A stretch of DNA of 64,000 bases. Source: a phage. Under the pieces are notes generated by a model. That model did not search any database. It was not told the origin of the DNA and saw nothing but the letters and a program-made list of their open reading frames with translations. Numbering within the stretch: the first letter of the stretch is position 1; each line of letters begins with the position of its first letter. The stretch is taken from assembly GCA_022901335.1 (NCBI GenBank), contig GCA_022901335.1_3641.1. One strand, written 5' to 3'. This document shows positions 31,064 through 40,114 of the stretch, in pieces. Made by a program: the position numbers and the translations under genes.

Positions 31064-31630
31064 TTATTCAAACTGCAATAGTAAGTCCACCACCGCGCTA
31101 GGTCTGTCAACAAATTCCCCAGGTCCACATGCCCACAGAGGGTATCCGTCTACATACCGCCAAATCCAACCTGCAGTGTGTAGCTCAAGCAGGGCAGTAC
31201 CGTCCTTACTGTCAACCACCCTTTCCCACAGTGTTGGGCAGCGAAGCTTGAGAATCGGATCACCCCCCTTATACCCATCCATGTAGATACCCATTGCAAA
31301 GTTCAGCATCATCTTTTTGTGCACTGATCTCTTATTGAGAGTGCTCATCACTTCCTCTTTGTGAATGTTTGTAAGCTTCTCCCTGGCTACCCGCAGATCG
31401 TTGCAATCATTGTTCAGAAGATCTTCCAGGCACTTGATCCGAAGGTCGTGAATGTCTTTGTCGTGTACCGTTGGCACAGGGTCGTAGCGGTATAGCACTG
31501 TTGATACAAGGTTGCTCGGGTGTGGGTCTGACAGCAACCCATAACCCCAATACTCTTCTGTATCTGAAAGGACAAGACACCCAATGTCTCTGTCAAGCTT
31601 TCCTGTGTTGTAAGCCACATTGACCGCCAT
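31064..31630 (-). CDS. hypothetical protein
   Basis: 188-aa ORF in operon. Confidence 0.5.
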   Translation of the reverse strand: MAVNVAYNTGKLDRDIGCLVLSDTEEYWGYGLLSDPHPSNLVSTVLYRYDPVPTVHDKDIHDLRIKCLEDLLNNDCNDLRVAREKLTNIHKEEVMSTLNKRSVHKKMMLNFAMGIYMDGYKGGDPILKLRCPTLWERVVDSKDGTALLELHTAGWIWRYVDGYPLWACGPGEFVDRPSAVVDLLLQFE

Positions 31631-31632
31631 GA

Positions 31633-31878
31633 CTATAGCTCCACTAGCAAAGTGCTTTCAAAGTGCCGTTCATGCAGACCGTTGTAAGGGACCACTTCCA
31701 CAACGCCATCACGGACATACGGGGCCATCATGGTGGCATAATCCCCAAACGGGTTGGTATTGTCACTAACCACAACCACCTTCTGCCCTTCCTTGGCAGA
31801 GTGCCAAATAGACCTGCACTTCATCAGGTGTTCGAGAGCTCCAGGTAAAATTTTGTTACGTTCTTTACGGGTCTTCAT
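31633..31878 (-). CDS. hypothetical protein
   Basis: 81-aa ORF. Confidence 0.45.
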   Translation of the reverse strand: MKTRKERNKILPGALEHLMKCRSIWHSAKEGQKVVVVSDNTNPFGDYATMMAPYVRDGVVEVVPYNGLHERHFESTLLVEL

Positions 31879-32324
31879 AACAGGTATAGCTCCTTATGAA
31901 AGTGGTCTTTTAATTTCTCACTGAGAAACCTTTTGATACCTTCCTCTAAAGTGTTTTCGATATAGTCCAGCTTAACTGCTTCGATGGACATATCATAGAT
32001 CGCCAGCTCTAAGCTGTCAAGTCCCATCATAGCATGAACCATAAGATTTTCATCTTCAGATACATTCAGGGGACTTCCTATAACATCTGTAGGGAGGATA
32101 GTTTCCCAATTATTCTGGGGGGTAGTTCTCCCGCCATCCACTTTACGGCGCAGTTCGAAGGTGTTCTTAGTGTAGAACACTTCATAAGAAACGATACGAC
32201 TATCGCTCTCATAATAAACGAAGTTCAGGTAGGAGCCTAGCCGCAGTCGGCAAACTTCTACCCCAAACCATTGTTTCTTATAAGAATTCAGGCTAATGCT
32301 ATCGCATTCACGTTTGCTCAACAC
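31875..32324 (-). CDS. hypothetical protein
   Basis: 149-aa ORF, overlap-coupled. Confidence 0.5.
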   Translation of the reverse strand: MLSKRECDSISLNSYKKQWFGVEVCRLRLGSYLNFVYYESDSRIVSYEVFYTKNTFELRRKVDGGRTTPQNNWETILPTDVIGSPLNVSEDENLMVHAMMGLDSLELAIYDMSIEAVKLDYIENTLEEGIKRFLSEKLKDHFHKELYLL

Positions 32325-32339
32325 GGCTCTCTCCTTTTG

Positions 32340-32573
32340 TTAATCTTCGTAAATCAGGATTTCTGCTTTAGGTTTTCGTGCTTTCAGGTCCAGCTCTATC
32401 CAGTGCACCATAGCTGTTTCAAGAAAAACAGCTTGGATGCATCCGTCCTCAGCGTGCCCCACCAACATAACAAGATCTTCACCTTCGTCATCTGCATCAC
32501 GAACATACAGAATCTCTCCAGATTCAAAGTCTTTCACAACCTGATTGCTGGATAATTTACGAATTTTTGCCAT
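32340..32573 (-). CDS. small protein, divergent member of tandem paralog family
   Basis: 77 aa; weak similarity to the three 87-aa paralogs upstream. Confidence 0.4.
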   Translation of the reverse strand: MAKIRKLSSNQVVKDFESGEILYVRDADDEGEDLVMLVGHAEDGCIQAVFLETAMVHWIELDLKARKPKAEILIYED

Positions 32574-32574
32574 A

Positions 32575-32838
32575 TCAGAAACCCTCTAAAAAGCTCTTGT
32601 AGAAAATAATTTCAGTGTCCACACCTGTCACGATCTTATCGTTTCGGATCTCATCGGTAAGATAGGTGTCAAAACGCAGAACCTGTGTGGTGTTGTCACA
32701 CATCCACTCAGCTGTGACCATTGCGAAAATCTTAGCATCTTCATTATCTGGTGTGAATGTTACCACCTCACCGCACTTAAACTTTTCGATAGGCTGAGTG
32801 TTAGCTTTCGGTTCTGCGATAGTGATTTTTGTGGTCAT
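32575..32838 (-). CDS. small protein, tandem paralog family member 3
   Basis: 87 aa; shares CGxVV...VTGVDTEIIF core with neighbours. Confidence 0.5.
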   Translation of the reverse strand: MTTKITIAEPKANTQPIEKFKCGEVVTFTPDNEDAKIFAMVTAEWMCDNTTQVLRFDTYLTDEIRNDKIVTGVDTEIIFYKSFLEGF

Positions 32839-33101
32839 TATTCTCCTCCTTCTTTCGAATAGCTTGTCTCTCCAAGGATGGTAATTTTGGTATCAAGCTC
32901 TGTAACTTTCATGTTTGGCGGCAGATCGTACAACTCATTATTTTCTAAATCGAATCCCCACACACAATGTTCTCCTGTTTTGACAATCATAACTATGTTT
33001 TGAATGCCGTCTCCGTCGCAACTTACCACGGTCCCACACGGAAAACTGTCTGCACGCTTTTTGTTCTTCACCTTAGAATTGAATACAATGCTAGTAGCCA
33101 T
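32838..33101 (-). CDS. small protein, tandem paralog family member 2
   Basis: 87 aa; MATS..F.SK.K.KK..S..CGTVV...VWGFDL...VTELDTKITILGE; ATGA overlap with neighbours. Confidence 0.5.
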   Translation of the reverse strand: MATSIVFNSKVKNKKRADSFPCGTVVSCDGDGIQNIVMIVKTGEHCVWGFDLENNELYDLPPNMKVTELDTKITILGETSYSKEGGE

Positions 33102-33364
33102 TATTGTTCCTCCACCATAACTTCGCCAAGAATTTCTATGCAGGCATCCATTTCTGTAACAACCAAACTGTGAGGTAGTTCTACAAACACCTTTCTGAAC
33201 AGGTCAAATACCCCAACATATATGTTTGCAGGATGTGATTTTACAACAAGTGCTGTATTCACATCCCCAAGTTCATCAACAAACATCACCACAGTGCCTA
33301 GAGCTACTGAGGACAGATACTTCTTAGTTTTACGGTTTGATGCAAATTTTAACTCTGTTGCCAT
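33101..33364 (-). CDS. small protein, tandem paralog family member 1
   Basis: 87 aa; MATELKFASNRKTKK...GTVV...VGVFDL...VTEMDACIEILGE. Confidence 0.5.
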   Translation of the reverse strand: MATELKFASNRKTKKYLSSVALGTVVMFVDELGDVNTALVVKSHPANIYVGVFDLFRKVFVELPHSLVVTEMDACIEILGEVMVEEQ

Positions 33365-33379
33365 AAATAGCCTCCTCTC

Positions 33380-34861
33380 TTACTTAGCGTACTCGATTAA
33401 TTCCACAGTTTTCCCAAAGCTCGGGATATAATTTTTATTATACCCTTCAGTGAGAACCCATAAAGTATCGTACTTTTTCCACTTGTTGTCAACAGCCTTT
33501 TGTTCAAAGTTATGCTCAAAGTATAGGTCGGTCAGGACGATGACATCTTTTGCATTCGGTATGTTGGCATCCAGATACTCGAACACGCAAGCAGCTGTTG
33601 TGCCCCATGTTGAGTGGACCTCATAGTTGATCATTTCGTCTATGTTGCCGCGAGTATATACTTTAACCTCTCCGACTTCAGTTGACCAACAGAACATTGT
33701 AACCTTAAACTCTTTATACAGATTGCACAATCCGGTGATTTCATTGAACATTTTCTTTAAAGTTCTTTGAGAGATCGAGCCAGAAACGTCTAAAGCTACC
33801 ACAATATCTATGGTGTTTTCCGGATTACGACCAGGAACAATAACGTGCTGGTTCTTGTTTATAGCCCCAACTTTTCGCATTGTGCTGGTCAAAGACCCAG
33901 ATCGGCGACCAGGTTTTCTGTAGGTCAGTTCGGCCTTTCTTTTAGACAACATGCGTTGCTTGATGATGTCTATATAATTGATTACAGGCTTACCTCTATT
34001 CTTGACAAACTCACGAACCGCCTCAGGGCAACGGCCTCCGGAAGCTTGCATTGCTGCCTCCAGCATGTCACCAGAGTCCTGCATGGCCTGATCTTTATCA
34101 GATTGGCTTATTACAGGTTGTGGCTGATCATACCCCATAGCTTTTCCAAGATCATCACTGGTGCCACCGTTACCACTCATGTGATCATCGGTTTGTCGCT
34201 TATCACCTTGAGAGTTCTCACCTTTACCGCTCTTACTTTTACCGTTATTCTGATCTCTTTGCTTATCAAGAACTGCATAGACGTTCTCAGCAATCCATCC
34301 ATGAAACTTCATGTCGCAGTAGCAGTTAGCTAAGAAGCCAAAAGGCTTGCCTTTCACGAACGTAGTGCTTTTCCCCTTCGGGAAGAAAACACAAGGAGGC
34401 TTGCTAAAGTCAACCACAAGACCTGTGTTGATAACGTGATCACAAGCAATATTAAACAGTTCCGGCTCAAAGCTCTTACCACGGACCAGGTGATCACAGA
34501 TAATATGCCCCACCTCATGTGACAGAAGAAAGGCCACCTCTTTCACAGATTTGGGGGAATAGAAAACCTCAGCCATCTCAAACTGCTTGTCAGTTAGAGA
34601 AGCCTTAAGAATAGCCTTGCGTTCATCAGCCAATCCCATAATGAACTCAGGACTGTAATAGATGCGTTTATGGTCGGTTGCCATGGTGGAGCACCATGTG
34701 TGGTTTTCTACGAACTGCAACCCTGACAGTAGTGTGCCATAGAACGGCAGCTTTTCAAGGAGATACATACGTGCAGCCTGCAACATTCTCAGGGCATCAT
34801 CTTTCTGCGAGGCAATGATTTCTGAACTTCTGCTATCCATTAAAACTCCAGAAGGGGCCAT
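33380..34861 (-). CDS. VWA-domain protein with N-terminal HExxH metallopeptidase-like domain
   Basis: HEVGH motif in N-terminal half; MIDAS-type DVSGSIS in C-terminal half. Confidence 0.6.
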   Translation of the reverse strand: MAPSGVLMDSRSSEIIASQKDDALRMLQAARMYLLEKLPFYGTLLSGLQFVENHTWCSTMATDHKRIYYSPEFIMGLADERKAILKASLTDKQFEMAEVFYSPKSVKEVAFLLSHEVGHIICDHLVRGKSFEPELFNIACDHVINTGLVVDFSKPPCVFFPKGKSTTFVKGKPFGFLANCYCDMKFHGWIAENVYAVLDKQRDQNNGKSKSGKGENSQGDKRQTDDHMSGNGGTSDDLGKAMGYDQPQPVISQSDKDQAMQDSGDMLEAAMQASGGRCPEAVREFVKNRGKPVINYIDIIKQRMLSKRKAELTYRKPGRRSGSLTSTMRKVGAINKNQHVIVPGRNPENTIDIVVALDVSGSISQRTLKKMFNEITGLCNLYKEFKVTMFCWSTEVGEVKVYTRGNIDEMINYEVHSTWGTTAACVFEYLDANIPNAKDVIVLTDLYFEHNFEQKAVDNKWKKYDTLWVLTEGYNKNYIPSFGKTVELIEYAK

Positions 34862-34873
34862 TGGCCCCTGTTA

Positions 34874-35914
34874 TTATTTAACGTGTTTGAAAATACCTGC
34901 CAACTCGGTCATTGTCATGCGGGTGGTCTTCATAAGATCTGTCATAGCTTTCTCCATAATTGGAGATACTACCATAAAGTTTCCTTTAGTGAAACCTTTA
35001 TTCCAGTCGGTCACCAACAGAGGTTTAAGTCCAGCTCCAAGACGTTCACCAGTTAAAGCACAGCATTTGCGAATATACGAACTCTTAAATTGGCTGAACG
35101 ACAGATCAACTTTCATACCTACATCGTAGAACGTTTGACAATAGAAAGTGTAAGCTTTGGCAATCTCAACATCATCAGGTAGTGCAGGAACCTCTTCTGT
35201 AAGCTCCTCTTCGACCTCCTGAGTCTCTTTTTCCTCTTCATGCACCTGTTGCGTCATTTCTTCAATCTCTTCTGTGATAGGCTCGTTTACAATGTCGGAA
35301 ATGTGCTTCTTGGGTGCACGATAAGTAACTTTAGACATCGGTAGCATATCTTCCTCCTCTTCTTCGTCAAAGAGTGCTAGTTTATCCTCTTCCGTTCCAT
35401 ATTGCAAGATGAAATCTTCAAAAGTATAATCACCTTTCAATTTCTCCATACGCTCTTCGCTCAGGTGGAGCATCATCTGCTGGACAATTTTTCGATCAGT
35501 TTCGTCTTTAATCAAGACTGCAGTCTTTTTATCTACCAGACAGTCCTTTAGAGAGTTGCATCTCAATCCCACCACACAACAGTTATCAACCGCATAAGGA
35601 CCTTCATCATCTATCCGCTCCAGAGATGGGTAGAAAGGATTTCCCAGCCCGTTTTCATCTGTGTGCATGTCAAAAGGTATAAGGGTATAGTCGCATACTC
35701 CATCTCCTAAAAGTTTTTTACCAAATAGGAGGTATTCTTCCCATGACAGGTCGAACTCTATATCTCGTTTCCGTGCGTTATTCTGTTTGCGTCTATATTT
35801 TTTGAGCAAGCGCTCTAACTCTTCCGGTGTATAATATTTTTCAAGATTCATGAGTCGTCTCTCGTGCTCTGTAAGTGAAGAAATCGTATCAATTGTCTCA
35901 ACAGATGTCAACAT
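34874..35914 (-). CDS. protein with two HNH-like (S-x-E/D-R-I-D type) domains separated by an acidic linker
   Basis: ATG at 35914 (track start 35917 is TTG); DIEFDLSWEEY...SLERIDDEGPYAVDNCCVV and a second similar unit; poly-E linker. Confidence 0.45.
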   Translation of the reverse strand: MLTSVETIDTISSLTEHERRLMNLEKYYTPEELERLLKKYRRKQNNARKRDIEFDLSWEEYLLFGKKLLGDGVCDYTLIPFDMHTDENGLGNPFYPSLERIDDEGPYAVDNCCVVGLRCNSLKDCLVDKKTAVLIKDETDRKIVQQMMLHLSEERMEKLKGDYTFEDFILQYGTEEDKLALFDEEEEEDMLPMSKVTYRAPKKHISDIVNEPITEEIEEMTQQVHEEEKETQEVEEELTEEVPALPDDVEIAKAYTFYCQTFYDVGMKVDLSFSQFKSSYIRKCCALTGERLGAGLKPLLVTDWNKGFTKGNFMVVSPIMEKAMTDLMKTTRMTMTELAGIFKHVK

Positions 35915-35924
35915 CAAAAACGTG

Positions 35925-35953
35925 TTGACTTTACTCTAACTCCACAATATAGT
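35925..35953 (+). promoter_or_regulatory. sigma70-like promoter TTGACT-N17-TATAGT in divergent intergenic region
   Basis: near-consensus hexamers 40 bp upstream of the 35994 ATG, 10 bp from the minus-strand gene start. Confidence 0.55.
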
Positions 35954-35993
35954 GCACCCATTCGAAAGAAAACTAACATAGGAGCACTTACTT

Positions 35994-36899
35994 ATGGCAA
36001 ATCTTAACAGTTTTAGTACGCGGTGGAAACAGGACATAACAACCAATCTTTCAGCTGGAGACATCCTTTCTGCAATTTACGAGGCTTTAGATGATAAAGC
36101 TACTTCAAAAGCGGTTTGTACCAACCCACTAATTCCTGTAGTGATGAAGGTTATTGAGCGTAGATTGGTATCTGGGTCTGATAAGTGGACATATTTAGAT
36201 AATGAAGGACACACCTATTCCAATGGGTACGTCGATATAAAAGTAGAATACGCGGTATCATACCGCCGGAGCGGTTCTGTAACTTTCAACTTCTCTGGAG
36301 GTTTTCGATCTCTGGCTACCTCACCTTTTGTTTCCTCAGAGGAGAAGTATGAGCTGCCATTTCTTTGGATGATGGCTAACGCGACAGGAAAAACCCCCGT
36401 TAGCATCCGAGTAAAATACAACTACAACGGATCTAGTAAGATCTATGCCGAAAGTGTCTCAGCAAGTTTTTATTTTGTGATGGGGGATGGAATCCTCAAA
36501 CATATAAAGATGTGCGATATGCATGATGTTATAAATGAAGTGACTGATAAGAATGTTCTAGTGAAAGACCTCAACAATTTTTATACACCCGGAGACTATT
36601 ACGTCAGCCGTCCACTGTGCATCTTTAATGCCGCACACCCTCTAGGTGAGTATTTGATCGCCAATAGCGATATTGCCAATAACCGCTTCGAGGTAGCAAG
36701 AGTTCAGAATGAGGTATTGACATCTTGCAAGAGCGGTGATAAGTTTACCGAAGAAGAGATGGGTGTTTTAGAAATGATGGGATATAAGTGTAGCCTTTGG
36801 GTAGATGAGGTGTTTAATGATTGCATCTATGGACAGGATATTTACCCATTAAAGAAGTATACTGATTCCAGTTTAATTTACGCGGAGATTTTACTATGA
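35994..36899 (+). CDS. hypothetical early protein
   Basis: 301-aa ORF with RBS AGGAG. Confidence 0.55.
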   Translation: MANLNSFSTRWKQDITTNLSAGDILSAIYEALDDKATSKAVCTNPLIPVVMKVIERRLVSGSDKWTYLDNEGHTYSNGYVDIKVEYAVSYRRSGSVTFNFSGGFRSLATSPFVSSEEKYELPFLWMMANATGKTPVSIRVKYNYNGSSKIYAESVSASFYFVMGDGILKHIKMCDMHDVINEVTDKNVLVKDLNNFYTPGDYYVSRPLCIFNAAHPLGEYLIANSDIANNRFEVARVQNEVLTSCKSGDKFTEEEMGVLEMMGYKCSLWVDEVFNDCIYGQDIYPLKKYTDSSLIYAEILL

Positions 36900-37168
36900 T
36901 GAAGGCATGTGGTAGTGTATACTATGTGGGTGAAAATGTTCAGGCAGACAATGTGTGGAAATCCATTAAGTCCACCACCGATGATGCCTTCTTGAGCGGG
37001 TTATGTTTCCCCAATCCAGGGGACATCCTTCCTCACCCTGGAGATTTTGTTGTTAACAAGATGGACGGTTATACCGTGTGCCTGATGGTTGAAAAAATCT
37101 TTTTAGACACTAGACACAATCACCGTCTTGTGTTAAAATTTCAAGAATGTAAAATGACAATTGCCTAA
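36896..37168 (+). CDS. hypothetical protein
   Basis: 90-aa ORF, overlap-coupled. Confidence 0.45.
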   Translation: MMKACGSVYYVGENVQADNVWKSIKSTTDDAFLSGLCFPNPGDILPHPGDFVVNKMDGYTVCLMVEKIFLDTRHNHRLVLKFQECKMTIA

Positions 37169-37181
37169 GGAGGCCTTACCG

Positions 37182-37538
37182 ATGTCTAAAGCTACTTATC
37201 GTGCAGCTATTTACTGCAATGAACACCCCATCAATAATGATGGTCACTGCCTTTTTAAAGAAAATCAGTTGGGCTGTATTGTCCTACCTGATGAAGGGAA
37301 AGGTTATCTGATTGCATTGACAGGGTTCGAGCCTGAAGCTTTGGAAGCCAATCTGGACTATCTGGTAGAAGAGGGTGCTGCAGACCTGGTTTCCAATGGA
37401 CTCGCCATAAGCCTTGACGAGGTGGAGCGCTTCATGGGCAATTACCGTGTAGTGCGTGAGTTTACTATCGAGGTGGAAACTCCAGAGTGGGGTAGCACTG
37501 AAACTAACGCCGAAGAAAAAGAAGAGGAGGTAGAATAA
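37182..37538 (+). CDS. hypothetical acidic protein
   Basis: ATG 37182 after RBS AGGAGG (track start 37161 is TTG). Confidence 0.45.
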   Translation: MSKATYRAAIYCNEHPINNDGHCLFKENQLGCIVLPDEGKGYLIALTGFEPEALEANLDYLVEEGAADLVSNGLAISLDEVERFMGNYRVVREFTIEVETPEWGSTETNAEEKEEEVE

Positions 37539-37795
37539 TGAAAGTGCAGATCTTGACTAATGCCGAGAAGATGTTTATTGAAGATACACCTTTTGAAGCT
37601 GGTGAGCTACAGTTCGTTTATTTTGTTGACTTAGATAAGGTGTTCCCTGCACTGAATCTGGGTCTGGATGAAGTTCCTCATAAAGTTTTGTGCCAAGTTG
37701 TTCGTGCCTTAGCGGCAGATGGGGATTTCCACACCCTTGAAGATATCCAGACCTACGGGTATCTTGAACTGCAACGAGAAGAAGAGGTGGACTGA
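37538..37795 (+). CDS. hypothetical protein
   Basis: 85 aa, RBS GAGGAGG. Confidence 0.45.
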   Translation: MKVQILTNAEKMFIEDTPFEAGELQFVYFVDLDKVFPALNLGLDEVPHKVLCQVVRALAADGDFHTLEDIQTYGYLELQREEEVD

Positions 37796-37797
37796 TA

Positions 37798-38178
37798 ATG
37801 GCCCGGTGGAAGACAACAGTTGACCTTCATGATCAGTGGTTAGGACGCATCGCTGAAGACGGGAAACTAGTAGAGTGGGACAATAAGCATGTTAGCGAGT
37901 TGGCAAGCATTGTGGCTGGCAAGTTACGCTCCAAGTTCCCTGAACAACTGGATCCTGATAGTTCAAAGTTCGATCCTGAGTTGGAGGATGTTGTATACTA
38001 CTTCGATACCGTGGATGACTACGATGCGTGGTTTGCAGCACGGGAGCTTTACCCACAAGGCTCTGCTATGCGCCAGATGGAAGAAGATTATCCTCCGTGT
38101 GAGCAATTCAATAGTGCAATGACTTGCCTCTATGATTGGGCAGATAAGAACCTTGTCTGGATTCGGACTGCATTTTAG
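37798..38178 (+). CDS. hypothetical protein
   Basis: 126-aa ORF. Confidence 0.45.
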   Translation: MARWKTTVDLHDQWLGRIAEDGKLVEWDNKHVSELASIVAGKLRSKFPEQLDPDSSKFDPELEDVVYYFDTVDDYDAWFAARELYPQGSAMRQMEEDYPPCEQFNSAMTCLYDWADKNLVWIRTAF

Positions 38179-38222
38179 TGGGCAGGAATGGCGGCAAGGA
38201 TGCTGCTTAAGGAGTAGTAGAA

Positions 38223-38492
38223 ATGTTATACCAGCAATATGAACTTCGTGCAGAAAAAGAGTTAAATTTTGACAAAGATATTCACAGATATTATTATGGG
38301 AAAGTTAGAGGGCAAGCAAGAAAGTGTACTCCAACACTCTTTTATGCCAGCAGACGACTAGCGCCAGAAGAGGCAACAGCAGAAAGGGTTGCGTACAACT
38401 GGAGAGTCACGTATGATATTGACAGATTCGATGTGATATCTGTTTTGGAAAACTTTGAAAACACTTACACACAAGTAGAGGACTTTTACTAA
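38223..38492 (+). CDS. hypothetical protein, coupled to AAA+ gene
   Basis: RBS AAGGAG; stop overlaps next start (TAATG). Confidence 0.45.
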   Translation: MLYQQYELRAEKELNFDKDIHRYYYGKVRGQARKCTPTLFYASRRLAPEEATAERVAYNWRVTYDIDRFDVISVLENFENTYTQVEDFY

Positions 38493-39676
38493 TGTCAAGA
38501 AACGTATTCGAAAGTGGTCAAATCACTGTCCGTGAGTTGCCAGCTATTATTCAGTTTGCCCAACGTCATAGCCGATCTGTCCTAATTTTGGGACCAATGG
38601 GTGTGGGTAAAAGCCAGGTGATGAAGCAGATCGCTGATAATATGTTCGGTGAGCGAGATGACAACCTTGTTGACGTGCGACTGTCAGATAAAGATCCTGC
38701 CGACTTATCTGGGCTACCTATCCCTGTAGAAGCGGATGGAACTACACGTACAGTGTTTGCAATTCCAGAATTTTGGCCTGCGGATCCTGACTGGAGCGGA
38801 ATTATCTTTCTGGATGAGCTCACTCATGCAGATAACTACCTGCAAAAGGTTGCAATGCAAATTATGCTTGACCACAAGTGCGGCACCTATGCATTCCCTA
38901 AGGGTTCTGTTTTTGTGGCTGCGGGTAACCGTTCTACAGATGGTGCGGTTCTTTCGGCGCTCGAAGCCCCTCTGGCTAACCGTTTTATCATTGTAGAGGT
39001 TACAAGCAATGCAGAGGTGTTTATTGAGGACTACGCATTCCTTAATGGGGTGCACTCCTCTGTAATTGGATATCTGAAAAGAGTTCCATCAGCTATCGAT
39101 AATTATGAGGCCATGGCTGAGATTAATTGTCCATCTTTTGCCACACCGCGATCTTGGGTTGCTGCATCTGATATCTTGCACGATTTTGACAGCGGTATTA
39201 TTTCTGACGCTATGGCCCGTGTTCTTCTGCAAGGTGCTATTGGTCACACTGCAGCGGTAGAGATCTGGACATACCACACCAAGAAACGCAATTTACCGGA
39301 AATCGGTCGGATTATGGCAGGTGGCTGCAAAGAATACGTAGGCCCTAAGCAGCCAGACATTTTGTGGATTCTTGGATCTGAAGGTTGTATCGCTATTCGT
39401 AATATGATGGAAAATGCAAGTATCTCAGACGAAGATCTTGTCAGCTGCGTGGCAAACTTCCTCGATTTCCTTTGGGAAAACTTCAAGGACGAGAACCGAG
39501 ATTTTGTATTCTCAGTCTTTATGGCGATGATGAAACCTAATGCCTTAGGAAATGCCTTGCTTATCGGTAAAGGTCGTGACAAGATTGTTGCTCAGCTGAT
39601 CAAAGCATACCCAAACCTGATGAAGATTGTAAAAGAGTTTGGTGAAGAGTTTAGCGCCATTTTGGCTAAAGCTTAA
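38492..39676 (+). CDS. MoxR-like AAA+ ATPase (AAA_5-type)
   Basis: Walker A GPMGVGKS, Walker B IIFLDEL, sensor motif LANRF. Confidence 0.65.
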   Translation: MSRNVFESGQITVRELPAIIQFAQRHSRSVLILGPMGVGKSQVMKQIADNMFGERDDNLVDVRLSDKDPADLSGLPIPVEADGTTRTVFAIPEFWPADPDWSGIIFLDELTHADNYLQKVAMQIMLDHKCGTYAFPKGSVFVAAGNRSTDGAVLSALEAPLANRFIIVEVTSNAEVFIEDYAFLNGVHSSVIGYLKRVPSAIDNYEAMAEINCPSFATPRSWVAASDILHDFDSGIISDAMARVLLQGAIGHTAAVEIWTYHTKKRNLPEIGRIMAGGCKEYVGPKQPDILWILGSEGCIAIRNMMENASISDEDLVSCVANFLDFLWENFKDENRDFVFSVFMAMMKPNALGNALLIGKGRDKIVAQLIKAYPNLMKIVKEFGEEFSAILAKA

Positions 39677-39685
39677 GGAGGTTGT

Positions 39686-40066
39686 ATGGCTAAAGTAGGT
39701 AAGCGGGGAAACTACCTGGTGGTATTGACCGAGGAGCCGGAGAAGGAGTACGAATGCAGCTCCACTTGCGTGATCGATATCCGAGAAAAAGATGTAGATG
39801 AAATCTGGTTTAAAATATTGGACGCTTGCGATAGCAGTGATTATTTCTTCATCTATGTCAACGATAAGGCTGGGTTCTTCCATGACGACGGAGAGTTGCC
39901 GTATGAAATCTATGAACTTGTAGAGGCTTGCCATCGTGGAGATGCGGAGTTGTTTGGCTTACGGCTGAAAAGCGGTAAATTCTTCTATCAAGATGAGTGC
40001 ATGAATCTTCATAACTTTGTAGAGGGAACTTGCAACGATGGAGAGATTTTGGCACACTACGATTAA
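39686..40066 (+). CDS. hypothetical protein
   Basis: 126 aa, RBS AAGGAGG. Confidence 0.5.
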   Translation: MAKVGKRGNYLVVLTEEPEKEYECSSTCVIDIREKDVDEIWFKILDACDSSDYFFIYVNDKAGFFHDDGELPYEIYELVEACHRGDAELFGLRLKSGKFFYQDECMNLHNFVEGTCNDGEILAHYD

Positions 40067-40078
40067 TTTCTAATACCA

Positions 40079-40105
40079 CCCCGCTTCGGCGGGGATTTTC
40101 TATTT
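40079..40105 (+). terminator. rho-independent terminator (CCCCGC-TTCG-GCGGGG + T-rich)
   Basis: same hairpin as at 13672, followed by ATTTTCTATTT. Confidence 0.55.
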
Positions 40106-40114
40106 GGAGTTATT

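Noticed and set aside
38566-39934. Minus-strand ORFs overlapping the AAA+ ATPase gene
   Set aside because: Antisense to a gene with clear Walker A/B motifs; treated as spurious.
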